A stretch of DNA of 64,000 bases from Dimorphilus gyrociliatus (GCA_904063045.1 CAJFCJ010000004.1:2039713-2103712), one strand, 5' to 3'. Counted from the first letter of the stretch, positions 40,274-52,820 are shown. The notes: a model not told the origin generated them from the letters alone. Program-made: numbers and translations.

Positions 40274-40377
40274 ATGAGGTCGAATAGAGATGGGACTATC
40301 ATCTTGAATAAAGCCCTTATTTCCACTTGTCCTTGGATACTTCCTGTTAAAATTTCTACTTTAAGATACTTCAAAGT
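40274..40377 (+). CDS. Variable first exon V10 (MRSNRDG...TCPWILPVKISTLRYFK-V)
   Basis: ATG 40274, GT|GTGAGT in phase 2; paralogous to V8. Confidence 0.75.
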
Positions 40378-40653
40378 GTGAGTTTTAATCATTTTGCTAA
40401 TTAATTGTCTGTAATTAATTTGTCACATAAACTTAAATGATTTGTTACTTTAAAAATAACAAAAAAGGAATGAAAAAACAACGACAAAACTAATTTATTA
40501 TACAATCTGAAGGAAACGAAATGATCTAGTTTTCAGACAGATTTCATTGTATTTAGTCTTCATTAATTAGGTATTTTATCCTTTACGAAGAAGGATTTTT
40601 ACTTCTCAGTCTTATTTTAAAACAAATTGGAGTTAAGTAAAAAGGCCGTTTTT

Positions 40654-42018
40654 TTAGTCTTTATAAGCAATTTCAAATCTATCTTTACAATTATTTTCTT
40701 GTTTAGTACAATTTAGAAATGATAGCTTTTTCTTAAACGTTGAGGTTAACAGTAAAAGAATGTTTGATAGGCCAAAAACTAACGCAGCAAATAGAAATGT
40801 ATAAAAGTAGGATCCTGTCAGATCCCTAAGAGAACCTCCAATGAACACGCCTATCAAATTGCCAATACTCTGAAAGAATATTGAAAATCCTGTGGCTTGA
40901 GAAATTTCATCAGGCTTTACAATCTCTAATAGGATTGTTGTTCTTTGAGAATGAAATCCACCTTCAAATATTCCCCATACGATACCTATAATCATCAACA
41001 GCCAATATTGCGTTGACAGGTGAAATAATGCTGCTGTAATAGAAATAACTATCCCTAGTAATGATTCAAGTTTAATCAAACCAAATCGTCTAAAGAATGC
41101 TAAATCAAAAAGGAAGCCAAAAAAGAATCTTCCTATCATATCGGATAATCCTGTAATTGATAAGAGGAGTGAGGCTTTTGTTCCACTAACGCCACAGTGT
41201 TCTTTTATAAAATCTGCCAAAAATGTAAGAATGGTTTGTATCATAATTGGCATTGAAATGATGACGAGAGCATAAACTATGAAATAGATATTCTTGAGGA
41301 TTGAAAAGTTAAAAAGCTTTGATGTGACTTTTTTCGTATTTATGTCCGTATGCAATGGTCTGTATAGTGCTGCCCCTACGCAACAGTTTAATAGAATTGC
41401 CGATGTTATTAGCATAGCTCCTCTGTATGAATACGTGTCAAGGAGGTAATTGATAAGGTTGGCCTGGACAAGCATTCCAAATCCACTGCCTATTGTAGCC
41501 CATGCCATTGCTTTACCTCTTTTTTTGTCGAAATATTGCGTCAGAATGAGATAAGATGGCGTGAAGATGAATGCACCCCCTATTCCTCCTAATATTCCAA
41601 AAGAGAGATAAATCAGCCAAATATTTCCAACAAAAGATGAAAGGAAACAGCCAAGAAATTGAACAAGGCTACCGATGAAAACAACTTTTCTAATTGAATA
41701 TTTAGAACAAACAACGGAGGCAACAGGACCAAGTGTCATTCTGAATACGTTAAAAGTAGATATAATCCCACCGGTTACTGCAGAGCTACTTTGAAACATT
41801 TCACTTAAATCCATATAGAAAACTCCAAAAGATCTGGCTAGTCCAACTTGAAGCAGATGCATCAAAAAACACCCCAAAAGTATAAACCATCCGTATCCTC
41901 CATCTGGAGCATTCCGTTCAGTTGTAACATTGTTGCTCGCCACTTCCTTGAGTTTTTCTTCTTCCGTAATGCCGTTGATTGTTTCGTCCTTTACATCACA
42001 TTTAGACGTTTCCTCCAT
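40654..42018 (-). CDS. Monocarboxylate transporter (SLC16/MCT family, MFS), intronless CDS
   Basis: APDGGYGWFILLGCF N-terminal motif, YFDKKRGKAMAWA loop motif, about 12 hydrophobic segments, short central loop. Confidence 0.92.
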   Translation of the reverse strand: MEETSKCDVKDETINGITEEEKLKEVASNNVTTERNAPDGGYGWFILLGCFLMHLLQVGLARSFGVFYMDLSEMFQSSSAVTGGIISTFNVFRMTLGPVASVVCSKYSIRKVVFIGSLVQFLGCFLSSFVGNIWLIYLSFGILGGIGGAFIFTPSYLILTQYFDKKRGKAMAWATIGSGFGMLVQANLINYLLDTYSYRGAMLITSAILLNCCVGAALYRPLHTDINTKKVTSKLFNFSILKNIYFIVYALVIISMPIMIQTILTFLADFIKEHCGVSGTKASLLLSITGLSDMIGRFFFGFLFDLAFFRRFGLIKLESLLGIVISITAALFHLSTQYWLLMIIGIVWGIFEGGFHSQRTTILLEIVKPDEISQATGFSIFFQSIGNLIGVFIGGSLRDLTGSYFYTFLFAALVFGLSNILLLLTSTFKKKLSFLNCTKQENNCKDRFEIAYKD

Positions 42019-43433
42019 CTTTTGAAATCTTTAAACAAATAAATGAAATAAATTTCTATGACATAAACGAATATATTGCCATACAACAATGAAATGGCAA
42101 ATATACTAAAGTAAAACATTCTATTCTATATATAGAAATTAACTCCCGGTAATCTATCATAGCCTATTTGATACTTGATTGTTATTTGGTGGATAGAGAG
42201 AGAGTTGTTAAAGATAACTAAAGTGAAAAGAAAATATCGTTTTTCTAACTTTTAAACTAAACTATTCACTCATTTAGAAATACAATTAGATCTATATTCT
42301 ATAGTAGGTTGTTTGTTATCAATATAAATATGATTAAAATATGTCTAAATACACGTAATATTTAATATACAATAAAAATTAGATATATTTATTTATTTAA
42401 AGAGAGCTATCAAGTAGAAAACATTATGAGCTATTTAGGAGCTAAAAATAGAAAAAAAGAGTAGAAAATGCAAGTGTAGGAATGTCGGAAATTGATTCTA
42501 GTATATGTCCTTTACTTCCATTCTTTTTTTTATAACTATAAAGGACATACTTAGTTTAAAGTTTATTTTACATTCCATGTTGCTCTGGTTAACGTGTTAG
42601 TTGTTATGTAAAGTGTAATAGATTATACAAATTAGAAGACTACGTAACAATGTATTACGATAGAACCTAAACTTGTTCATATTCTTCATTTAAAAGTCAA
42701 TAAAATTACATTAAAACATACAAAAATACTAAATTTTAATGATATAATTACAAAATCAATTCTATATTGATATTTTCCCCCTTTTTAATAGGTTTTTTAT
42801 CAAAGTAATCATTTTCATTCTTTTTAAAAAATGAGGCAAAATTTTAATACTAATTACCTCTCTCTTTCTCTCTCTATTATAGCGAATACACTCTTTTTAA
42901 GCTGTAATATACAGTTTATATGTATAGAGTAATGAATATTTATTCAAAAGGTACTGTGTATAATGATAATATAGTGTACAAATAGTATTCTGTTACATCA
43001 TTCTTCTCTACAAAAAAGCTTTTTAATATTATTCATTCAAGTTTAAATTACATACTTATCAATGGTTTTGCACTGTATGATATAAGCATATATACAGTGT
43101 ATATATATATATATACAGTCTATATATGAATATAATCTATTTTTTCCTGTTGCAAGTAGCGTCTCCGTGCGGAAAGAAAATAGTAAAATTATTGATGTGT
43201 TATTATTTACCATTTCCATGGTTTAAGGTTAATGTATGTACATAAAATTAACTTCTCTTTATGTACAGATCATTCTTAAATGTAACTCAATAAAGTGTAT
43301 TTTAAGTAAAACTTTAAAAAATAAATCAAGAAGAAATTACTATACTCGAGGGCTATTGAATTGATTGTATTTCCTTTTGAAGTAGGTTTACTTAATAAAT
43401 TACTTTATTTGTTTTTCATTTCTCCATGTTCAG

Positions 43434-44217
43434 TGCAACATCACCGGGGGCTACAGCGCCTTATTCAAGTACTGAATTAATAGGTTCTTTCAATAACGAT
43501 TCGAGTAGGAATCAACAACTACAAGAGAGGGAGGCAAAATTGGAAACACCTCCTCCTCAACCTCCTCCTCCTCTTCAACCGTCAACGTCTTCTTTGAGTA
43601 AACGCAACAGAAATACTAATAATACACTTTATCTTAATCTTAGAGAGAAATGTAAATATGACATTTAATTTATTAAATATCCGATTAATATACTATTTAT
43701 TAACTCTTTTAGCTAATGAAAAGCAAAAAGTGGAGCAAACTGAAATCTCCAAGCCTTATACTTTTAAACCTTTTCAAAAGCATGGTCTTGTAAATGGTCA
43801 ACAGATGTCGTCACTAACTAGTCAAATAAATCAAAACGAGGAATTAGTTGCAACGAGTGCTTTATGGACCTCTCAGCCTAAAATACGCATTCAACCGTTC
43901 AATAGCCAATCGATGCAGATAACAGCTCCTCCTTCCTATCAAAATAGGAAGTTAGCTACTAGACAACCCATATTGAATGCCCATAGTAGCAAACTCAACA
44001 ATTCAAGTAAGTTAATTTCTGTCTAATTTTGAACTCTTAAAAATATCCAAATTGATTGAAATCAGATGATTCCAAGTACCCGGATCCAACGTTTGGTGCT
44101 CCTGCATATTTCATGCAAAGAGTGTACGATATATCAGCAGTAGAGGCAGATACAATCAGGTGGGAAAGAGCTAGAAAATTTCGAAAGAAAAGAGATCAAA
44201 ATAGTAGCTCTAATTAA
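43434..44217 (+). CDS. Constant region (3 exons, about 203 aa) of an unidentified gene: Pro/Ser/Gln-rich linker plus a conserved-looking C-terminal motif
   Basis: Exons 43434-43597, 43713-44006 and 44066-44217 join in phase 1 and 1 across GT-AG introns of 115 and 59 nt. The first exon opens in phase 2 after a long pyrimidine tract and CAG. It ends DSKYPDPTFGAPAYFMQRVYDISAVEADTIRWERARKFRKKRDQNSSSN*. AATAAA at 44311. Confidence 0.85.
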
Positions 44218-44816
44218 CTGTAAAAGTAAACATTTTCGTTCCATATTACAAATATACAACTATATTATTCTAAATATAAAGAAGCATATTAATGAATATA
44301 TTGCACAGTAAATAAAGTATTGCCGCATAGTTGGAGTGTCTCTGACTAATCTCTTAAAAGAAGATTTAACGATTAAAAATATAAGTCTTACGGCCTATAA
44401 CAATTAAACAGCTCTCTGAAAGAATAACGGTTTATTTTAATCGCTGTTTTTTTATGTACAAGTTTGAAGTAAAGAAAAAAGAGACTATGCGTTGAAAGTG
44501 GAACAATTTTCTTGTTTCTTTGCTAGTTTAGATCTTTCTCTTTAATAACAGAGATAATTTTACTTCCAACTTGAAAGAAGATCGAATACTTTTGTCTTTG
44601 ATTTGAGATTTACTCGAAAAAAATTTGTAAAATAAAGTAGAATAGCTTAGGATATAAGGAATTATTTTTTTTGCTTCAATTCTCATGTTTTTACCACATC
44701 TTTCCCTCTTTATTTCCTCTTCATCTCTGTCCCCTAGTGAAAAGATAACGATATTTCGAAGCAATTTCAATATAATTTAGTAAATATTTAAAATGTTCCT
44801 CCTTATTAACATGTCG

Positions 44817-46818
44817 TTAATAATAAATTGCACTGGAATCTTGAGAGTCATATAGACCTGTATTGAGGCTTGTTGGATCCGCCTGTTTCTTATGTTGAAT
44901 ATAAAAAGCTTTTGGAAAAGTCGGAAAATTTGTTCCATCTTTTCCACCTATTTCCCAAGTTAATTCCGTTTGCTCAGCTTCTCCTGCATTTCCATCAGCA
45001 TCTTGACGACTTGTCTCTGTAAATTCTACAGATTCTATAAAGTTATTGCTTGAAATATTGTCACGTTTTGATGTTTTTGACTGACAATGTCTCCACCATT
45101 CGGAGAAGCCTTTTGCTAGCAGAGCAATAATTATTAACCCTAAAAGGGATATAAAAACTATAGCAGCTATTTGTGAAGGAGGTAAATCAGATGAAGCAGT
45201 TGTAGATGGTTTCCAAAAAAATGGAGGAGTAGATCGTACTAGAACAGGAGTAGACTGATTGTACAATGAATAAGTCGTATCATCAATATAAACAGTCGAA
45301 ATAGACGTTTTTACAGCAACATGAAGCGTTGTAGTTTCTGCTTCAGGTTGTTGACTAGCAGTTGATTCTATTTCTGCATGAGTTGATATTTTTCTCCGAG
45401 TTGTTTCATATATGCTCGTCGTAAGTAGTGAAGATTCTAGAAATATTTTTTATTAAGTTGTATACAAAATATATCTGGAATAAATATTTTACCCTCATCA
45501 AGCTTAATGGCAGAGTATTTACTTAATTCGGATGAATAAAAATTGTGACCATAAAGGCAAGCATTCCCATTTAACTTATCTTGTATGTTAAATGAAAGAA
45601 ACCAAGTACCATTTACTTTGAGGTATCTCTAGAATGGTTATAAAAAGAAAAAAAAGAGAACATCTATATTTTTTTAACTATGAAAAGAATATTAAAAAAA
45701 AGGAACATGAAAAAAACTCAAATTACAACGCAGTAGTAAACAGAGGAAATTTGAGAATCCAAGTTATCAACTGTCATTAATAGCAATAAATTTCCATTAG
45801 CATCAGAGTCGAAAAAACTTCCGTTCACCTCACTTCTACATTCGAATTTTCTATTATAAGGAAAATCTAAAATGGGATAGAAAGTATTTAAAATTTTAAT
45901 ATAAGTGGCCAAAGAAATTATATTTATTTATACCAAAATGTATTGAATCATTTTGACAAGAACTAAATTTCATGTTGCTCCCTTTAATAGATACGTTTGG
46001 CATATTTCTACAATTTGTAATAGTACCACTGCCGATAAATAAAATATCGTAGTTGCCTTCTGGGATAGGACAGTTAATTCTAGAATGTAAACTTGGATCT
46101 GTAAAAATATTTTTCTAGTCTTCAAACTATGATATGAGGTTTTTCTAGAATTACTCACAATTAACAAACCATATAGCTGCATATTTTTTAATTTTTAATA
46201 GGTTAAGTTGTAGTAAACAATGCGATGCCTCCGTTGTTACAATGTCTATTTGTGAAATATTATTCATTATATTATTCATGCTTTTTAATAAAAATGTTGA
46301 GTAAATTGGTAATATTTACTATTAAAAAATATTTTTCTATCTCCTATTTAAATAATATCCTCTATATTATGACAAACTGATATCGATTGTCATCAGTATT
46401 ACATTCAAACGTTGCTATTACATATTTGCATATTATTTCGTTCTTTGAAGCTATTTAAATACTTACCATTTTTGAAAAATACTACAAACAAATGTAAATC
46501 GTCCGCTTTTATTATTTTCATACAACCGGAAGGGAATCCAGGTTTCTCTTCTTCATAGAAGATGTAATATTCCTTTATATTTCCATCAATCGTATATGTC
46601 ATATCTCTACAGGCATAGCTATTACTTTTCCATGTAAAAGAGTCCTTTTGAAATTCTAAAATATTTTCATTCTGTTCTATATAGCCAGTAAACCATTTTA
46701 GAGGCCAGTTCTCATTTCCGTTATAAAACGTAAAACGCCAAGAATTAGGAATATTACAGTAGGAAGTGCTTAATGATATTAAACATGAAAGGAAAAATAA
46801 CCGTGTCAGTAAAAGCAT
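44817..46818 (-). CDS. Type I membrane glycoprotein, about 499 aa, Cys-containing ectodomain, six exons
   Basis: Exons (minus) 46818-46467, 46245-46159, 46098-45934, 45866-45727, 45628-45493 and 45436-44817 join in frame at GT-AG sites. Signal peptide, Cys motifs (CNIPNSW, CPIPEGNY, YYCVRY), Ser/Thr stalk, TM IAAIVFISLLGLIIIALLA, Tyr-ending tail. Confidence 0.8.
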
Positions 46819-49800
46819 AACTGTCCCTCTTTAGAATATCACTTCATATAAGTACTATATGCTTGTATATTATTTACAATTTACCATAATTTGTAAAATG
46901 ATACTCCTTCACTTATTATCAAAAAGTAAGGAAAGATATTAAACTAAATAGGCATAGTTTTAGTATTAAAATTTCCATGTCTTGTAAAAAAAAACTACTA
47001 TACTTCACATTAATAAGACTTTTTATTCTACAATTAAGTAAAGCATTTGATTTTATCCTATTTTTATAAATATAAGTAAAGGTAAAATTCACAATAAAAC
47101 TACTTCAAAGGAGAGTAAATTCATTTTGAAGAGGTCTCCTTTTTTTGTCTTTCATTTATTTTATTTGATTTTTTATAATCAGCTTAAAACTAAATTGCGC
47201 CATATATAATGTTACAGAAAATCAACTTGTATTTTCTAAATATAGTCTTACATTAGCTATTAGAAAGATGCTAATCTGTAATAAGTTATAATACCAAAAA
47301 AGTAAATTTTCTCAAGTTAGGGGACAATTTAATAAATGTTCCATGCGTTTACATATAGACTAACACTCTATATGTTTAAATACAAATGTATATTTTTACT
47401 TATCTTTCTAAATATTCTATCTGGTTATCGATCAACAAAACTATCCATCCTTAATACACAATAAAAGACTTGTAAAGCTGGTTGGCTAACAATGTATTGA
47501 CATTAAAAAAAGATTAATTAGTATGTTGGGAAGAGATTAAAAAGATTCTATCATAATCAGATAAATTTATATTCTTATAAACCCTGTAATTTAACCGATC
47601 ACTTATTAGTTACAAGAACATTTGCTTATATAATAAGACGCCAGATGGCAATAAAACATTAATTGTTCTATTAGATTAATTTCATTATGTAGCGTTAAAA
47701 CGTAATGTGTTGTATTATACAGATATGACTAAAGAATATTATACTGACTTAACAATATAAACTGAGTGCATCAGTCTGCTAACGAGAAAAAATAGCAAGT
47801 TCTTGAAGATATTACTTTCAAGAAATATTTATTGCTGTCACAGCTGTGTAAAGAGGTTTGTTAGATTTTTAAATGAAGAAAAAGAGATAATAAAAGATAT
47901 AATTATATTATGATAAATGAAAACTAATATCTAATACAAAATATTTTAAGAAATGGAAAATATAGTTGTTTTATTATAATAAATTTACAGAAGATGGAGG
48001 ATTGTATTAATTTATGAAAAAGAGATATAAAAAAAATACATATAGGCTTAATTAGGTTTAATCTTTGTCTGACGTAAAAACATTAGAGAAAATCTTCACT
48101 TAATGTTTAAATTAAAAAAATACAGTATAATATAATTATACTAGTGTTTCTCTTTCTTTGGCGTTTATTCTACAAAGGTTGAAGGATAGGCGCAAGTTAA
48201 TAGAGAAAAAATAGGAAAATTAGACAAGATATCTTGGATATTAGCCGGTTTTCCAGCTATATGAATTTATAATAGATGGAAAAAACCTAGATTTTAATGC
48301 TGTATCGTCAGAAAATAGAACAGAGTCCATCGAGAGAAGAAACACATTACATAGGGAAAAAGTATACATTTAGGCAAGACTTGAAGTAAATAATTCCACA
48401 AAAGATAAGTAAGATGGTGAATATCTAATTGTACACCCGGTAAAATGTATTTTTGCAAACATTTCCTACGAATAGATTATTTAGAATTCTATGGCAATTT
48501 TTTTTGCAACTTGTATTTTCTTGTAGCCTTATCCTCCTTTTTTCTTGCACAATACAATGTTTATTTTTTTTTATATCGAGTATGTCTTGAATGAAAAATC
48601 TTTTATACTAAACTCCAAAAGCAACAACTACTATGTTTCGCAAAAGAGAAGCATTTCGTGACGGCAGGAGAAGCAACGCTTACTTATTTTTTTTCTCATT
48701 AATACTTAAAATAAATTAGGAAAGTTAAGACTCAAAAAATACAATTTCGTTGATGTGAATAACGTAGTCTTATGCATAACTTAGCAAAATTATTTTTTTC
48801 CTAATAAGATAATAATAATTTCTGTGTAGCATATTTTTTCTTCGTCAAAGGGTAAAGAGAAACTTGACAATTATTCCGACATATTTACTTATTCTTATAA
48901 TAATCTACGCATCTATCAAATCTGACATGCTTTGCTTATATGTAGAGATATATGCTTTTGCTTGTAATAGAGTGAGAGAAAAAAAATTGTCTTTTACAGA
49001 ATATTACTATCCAATTATGTCTATAGAATTATTTATTGTTATTTATGACAAATTATTAATAATATTAAGGTGTCTTTCAAAATTTTATCTTCTCTTATTC
49101 TCTTAATAGCTTTTGTTACTAAATTCACTATAATTAGTAATTCATTAATCTCTATTCTCCATTTGTACGCAATAAATTCCTAGAAATATTGAAATTCGAT
49201 GCTTAACCCTCAAATACTAACATAGAACGATAGATTTAAATACAGGCTAGAACATCCGAGCTTATTTGAGCGTCTAAATGAGACCTTTTCTACCTTGTTA
49301 CAACAATTTTTTTACATTGAATTGTAGACGAGCTTATAGTTTAGATAATATTGTATCATTATTGTATATTGTATCAGTAATACTAGCGTAAGTAAAGAAA
49401 AGATGTACAGTTCTTTAAAATCGGTTGAAAAAGAAATACATTGAGTTTTTGTTCAGTTGAAATATGAAAAGGCTATAAGTTGCACGTAACTTTAAATCAT
49501 GAAATAGGAACTTTCTCTTCTTTCGCTATTGAAATTAAAAAAAAAAGAATATTTGTTTTTTGGACTTTATGCTTTTCTAGGAGTCTTTTTTCATCTTAAA
49601 AGATAACTTTTGATAATTTGATAAAAATGAAACTACACGTTTCTTCTACAATTTCTATTACATTTTTAACTTTTTAATTTCTAATTTCTGTCATTCTACT
49701 CATTTATATGACATTTTATTATATAGTACATTCATAGGTATAGACCAAAATACTCAAAATCAGATATATTTAATTAGATTTGAAATTTATAGCATTCATT

Positions 49801-51325
49801 TTCCCCTTTCTCTATATAGCATACTGTATATACTGTATATAAATATATTATTTAATCTAAGTTTTTAAATAGTAAACATGTATTAACAGAGCAGAAAATT
49901 AAATTGCTAATACTGTTGGATTACTTCAACATGTGCATCATATATACAGTATATACAGTATATATAAATTTTTATATACAGTATATTAGTCTATATACAT
50001 TACAGTCATATAAACTAATAATTTATATGTTATATTTAAGTGTAATCTATTTAATATCCATGAAGAGATCATTAAACTATGTTATACATTAGTCATTCTA
50101 TTTTTATAACTTTTTCATAATATATAACTAAGAGACTCCTAGCATCGAGAGAAGTCTATAAAGTAAAAAACAGAACCTCTTCTCATAGGTCTACCACTAA
50201 AAGTTACTTCTTTATATTTGAAGTAGAAAATTAATTAATTAATTAATAGCTAATTTTTGAAATTGTCCCTTTTCTAACCTTTTATTATAAACTAATTTTG
50301 AAATTACTAGAAAATAATTATTACATAAATCTAAAAAGAAAAGAATCTTGTTACTATCAATTTTTTAGCTTTAAAACGCTTTGTTTGTCGAGACTGATTA
50401 TATTATCATAATACTTTATATTAATGATTTTTTATTTCAAAAAATCTCCATGACAGTTATCTACTGTATGAATATAGAAATATAGTTTTTAACATTTTCT
50501 TCTATTAGCATAGCTTCTTTACAGTATTCCCAATTCGTCGCCTTTGAAAAAGTAGCTTTCAATGTACTATACTTCTCTTTTGCTTTGTTCACGTACTTCT
50601 TTTCTTGACTCAGTCAGGGGTTACCTGGTAAAGAAATTCCGCCAAGTAGAAGAGAAACTTATTCTTTTTAAAGTAAGAAAAAGATTCCTGAAAGTGAGTA
50701 GTGTAAAAATGTGAAATTTCGTCTTAAACATACTTTTAGAAAGAGAAATAAATAGATAAAGTAAAACACGATATTTTAAAAGTAACTTAAAGCCCGGACA
50801 CGCAATCTTTCAGAGTCTATGATATATTACAAATTGTACAACATGAAGGGGTCGAGTTTTTAATATTTTACCATTCTATAACTATTTATCTATCTTTAAT
50901 CTACCATTAATGACATCGACTTTCAATTGCGAAGAAAATCACGATAACACATTAGAGGTTAGAAGTGGTCGAAAAAGAATACAAAACAGAACAAGAGAGT
51001 TTAAGTGAATAAACGTGAAAAAAGGTAAAAGAATTCCATTCTTAATTAACATTTACAATTTAGTTCATTTAATAAATAATAGTAGACGGATGGTTAACAT
51101 GTTAAGAGAAAAAATCAGAAATTTTAAGAAGAGTTGATATTTTTTCATTAACAAATTTTATAGAATGAAATATGATTTATTCATCTTGTTAACAAATCTT
51201 ATTATCAAAAAAGGAGGGAGGAGCTTGATTTTCTTCATATTTTAATATATATTCTATCATTTTGGAAGATAATTAATAAAAGTAATGGAAACAAATATTA
51301 GTAAAGTTAAATTTTGGAAACGTAG

Positions 51326-52496
51326 AAATTTAAAGATAAAATTCATTTAAACATTTTTTTTAGTTTCCAGTAATTTTTATTGACAAATTTTTGAAAAATG
51401 GAGGAGGTAAAATTTCCGGCAGGATGGCTGTTTCTGAAAAAAGTTAGATGTTAATCAGATAGAAACCCATTTTTTAAAATTTTTATGACATTCCTGAGTA
51501 CTATCAGACCATTCTTCAGAACAAATTATTGCAAAACTTTGAAAATGGGTAAAATAAGCCTAGAAATGCGAGAGAAAATTGTGGAACTGGACAGAAGAGG
51601 GTTAAGCCAAGTAAAGATCTCCAAAGAGCTAAAAATTGCTCGCAGTGCTATTCAGTACAATCTAAAAAAGAAAGCAGAACATTTTACTATAGAGGACAGA
51701 TTCAGGTCTGGCCGCCCCAAAAAGATTTCAGAAGCAGACAAGAGAAATCTTATTATGATTCAAAAAAAGAATCCCTTTTATACAGCTAGACAAGCTTATA
51801 GCCAATGGGCCATAGCAGATAAGCTGAGTTTATCTTCTTATCAGAAGATATTATTCAATAATGGATTAAAAAGCTACATGGCAAAAGTAAAACCTTTAAC
51901 AAAATTGGGGAATCGAAAAAAGAGAATTTTTTTTGCAAAAAAAACCCTTAAAAAAAAGGAGGATCAGTTTGAGAGTTATATTTTCTCTGACGAAACAACA
52001 TTTGACCTGTTTCCGAAACAGAGAGTCAGAGTCAGATATAAATGGGAGGACAAGGACAAGACAAGAAACATCAGGAGCAGTTTTAAGACCCAAGACTGTA
52101 AGCTGATGATCTGGGGAGCCATCAAATATGATAAAGTATCTAAAAGACTGGCCAGCACAGAGTTCAGACTTGAATATAATAGAGAATCTCTGGGCAGTGC
52201 TCAAATGGAGAGTTTACAAGAGAATTCCAAAAAATCTGGAGGATTTGAAAGCTATCATAGAAGAGGAATTTTTTTTTATTTCTGATGACTATATAAAACA
52301 TTTATATAGCTCCATAAAAAAGAGATGCCGTCTTGTCATCCAAAATAAGGATATGCGATAAATTATTGACTTAGGTTGAAATTTTTACATTATTTGAAAT
52401 ACCTGCCAGAAATTTTACCTCAATTTTTGCAAAAATTTGTCAATAAAAATTAATGAAAAGTAAAAAAAATGTTTAAATGAATTTTATCTTTAAATT
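51326..52496 (+). mobile_element. Tc1/mariner (DD34E-type) DNA transposon, internally deleted, non-autonomous
   Basis: Imperfect inverted repeats at 51326-51423 and 52402-52496. Transposase from ATG 51545 has HTH, GRPKK, FSDET and IWGAI, then jumps with a frameshift to WPAQSSDLNIIENLW; the segment carrying the second catalytic Asp is missing. Confidence 0.9.
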
Positions 52497-52820
52497 CAGT
52501 TGTATAAATGTCTTATCCTTCATTCTAAACAAAAAAAAATAATTAAGCAAGTCCTTTTAGGTAAATATTTCACTTTTTCCACTTTAAGGACAACCCTGTC
52601 CAAGATTTTTTATAGGGATTGTATATATATACTGTATGTGTAAAATATATATATAAACCTATAAATATGTACTGTACAATGTACACAAAGTGTAAGCTCT
52701 AATTACAGACGCTGATTTCTATTGAAAGATTATTTCGAAATATCAATTTTTAATAATTCCCAATGGTGACAAGAAATAAATATAGAAATTGTCCTCTATC
52801 ACCTTTAACATTTGCTCTTT

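Noticed and set aside
42482-42562. MSEIDSSICPLLPF, faintly like the CPW exons
   Set aside because: Needs an indel in a T run and has only a weak donor.
43126-43233. ATG-initiated frame ending at AAT|GTATGT just upstream of the constant exon
   Set aside because: Donor is phase 0 in that frame, incompatible with the phase-2 acceptor. Recorded as a counter-example.
43426-43712. ORF-track starts at 43426 and 43658
   Set aside because: Both ATGs lie in intronic acceptor regions; the spliced model explains the coding parts.
51896-52204. Minus-strand ORFs of 102 and 60 aa
   Set aside because: Antisense to the transposase.
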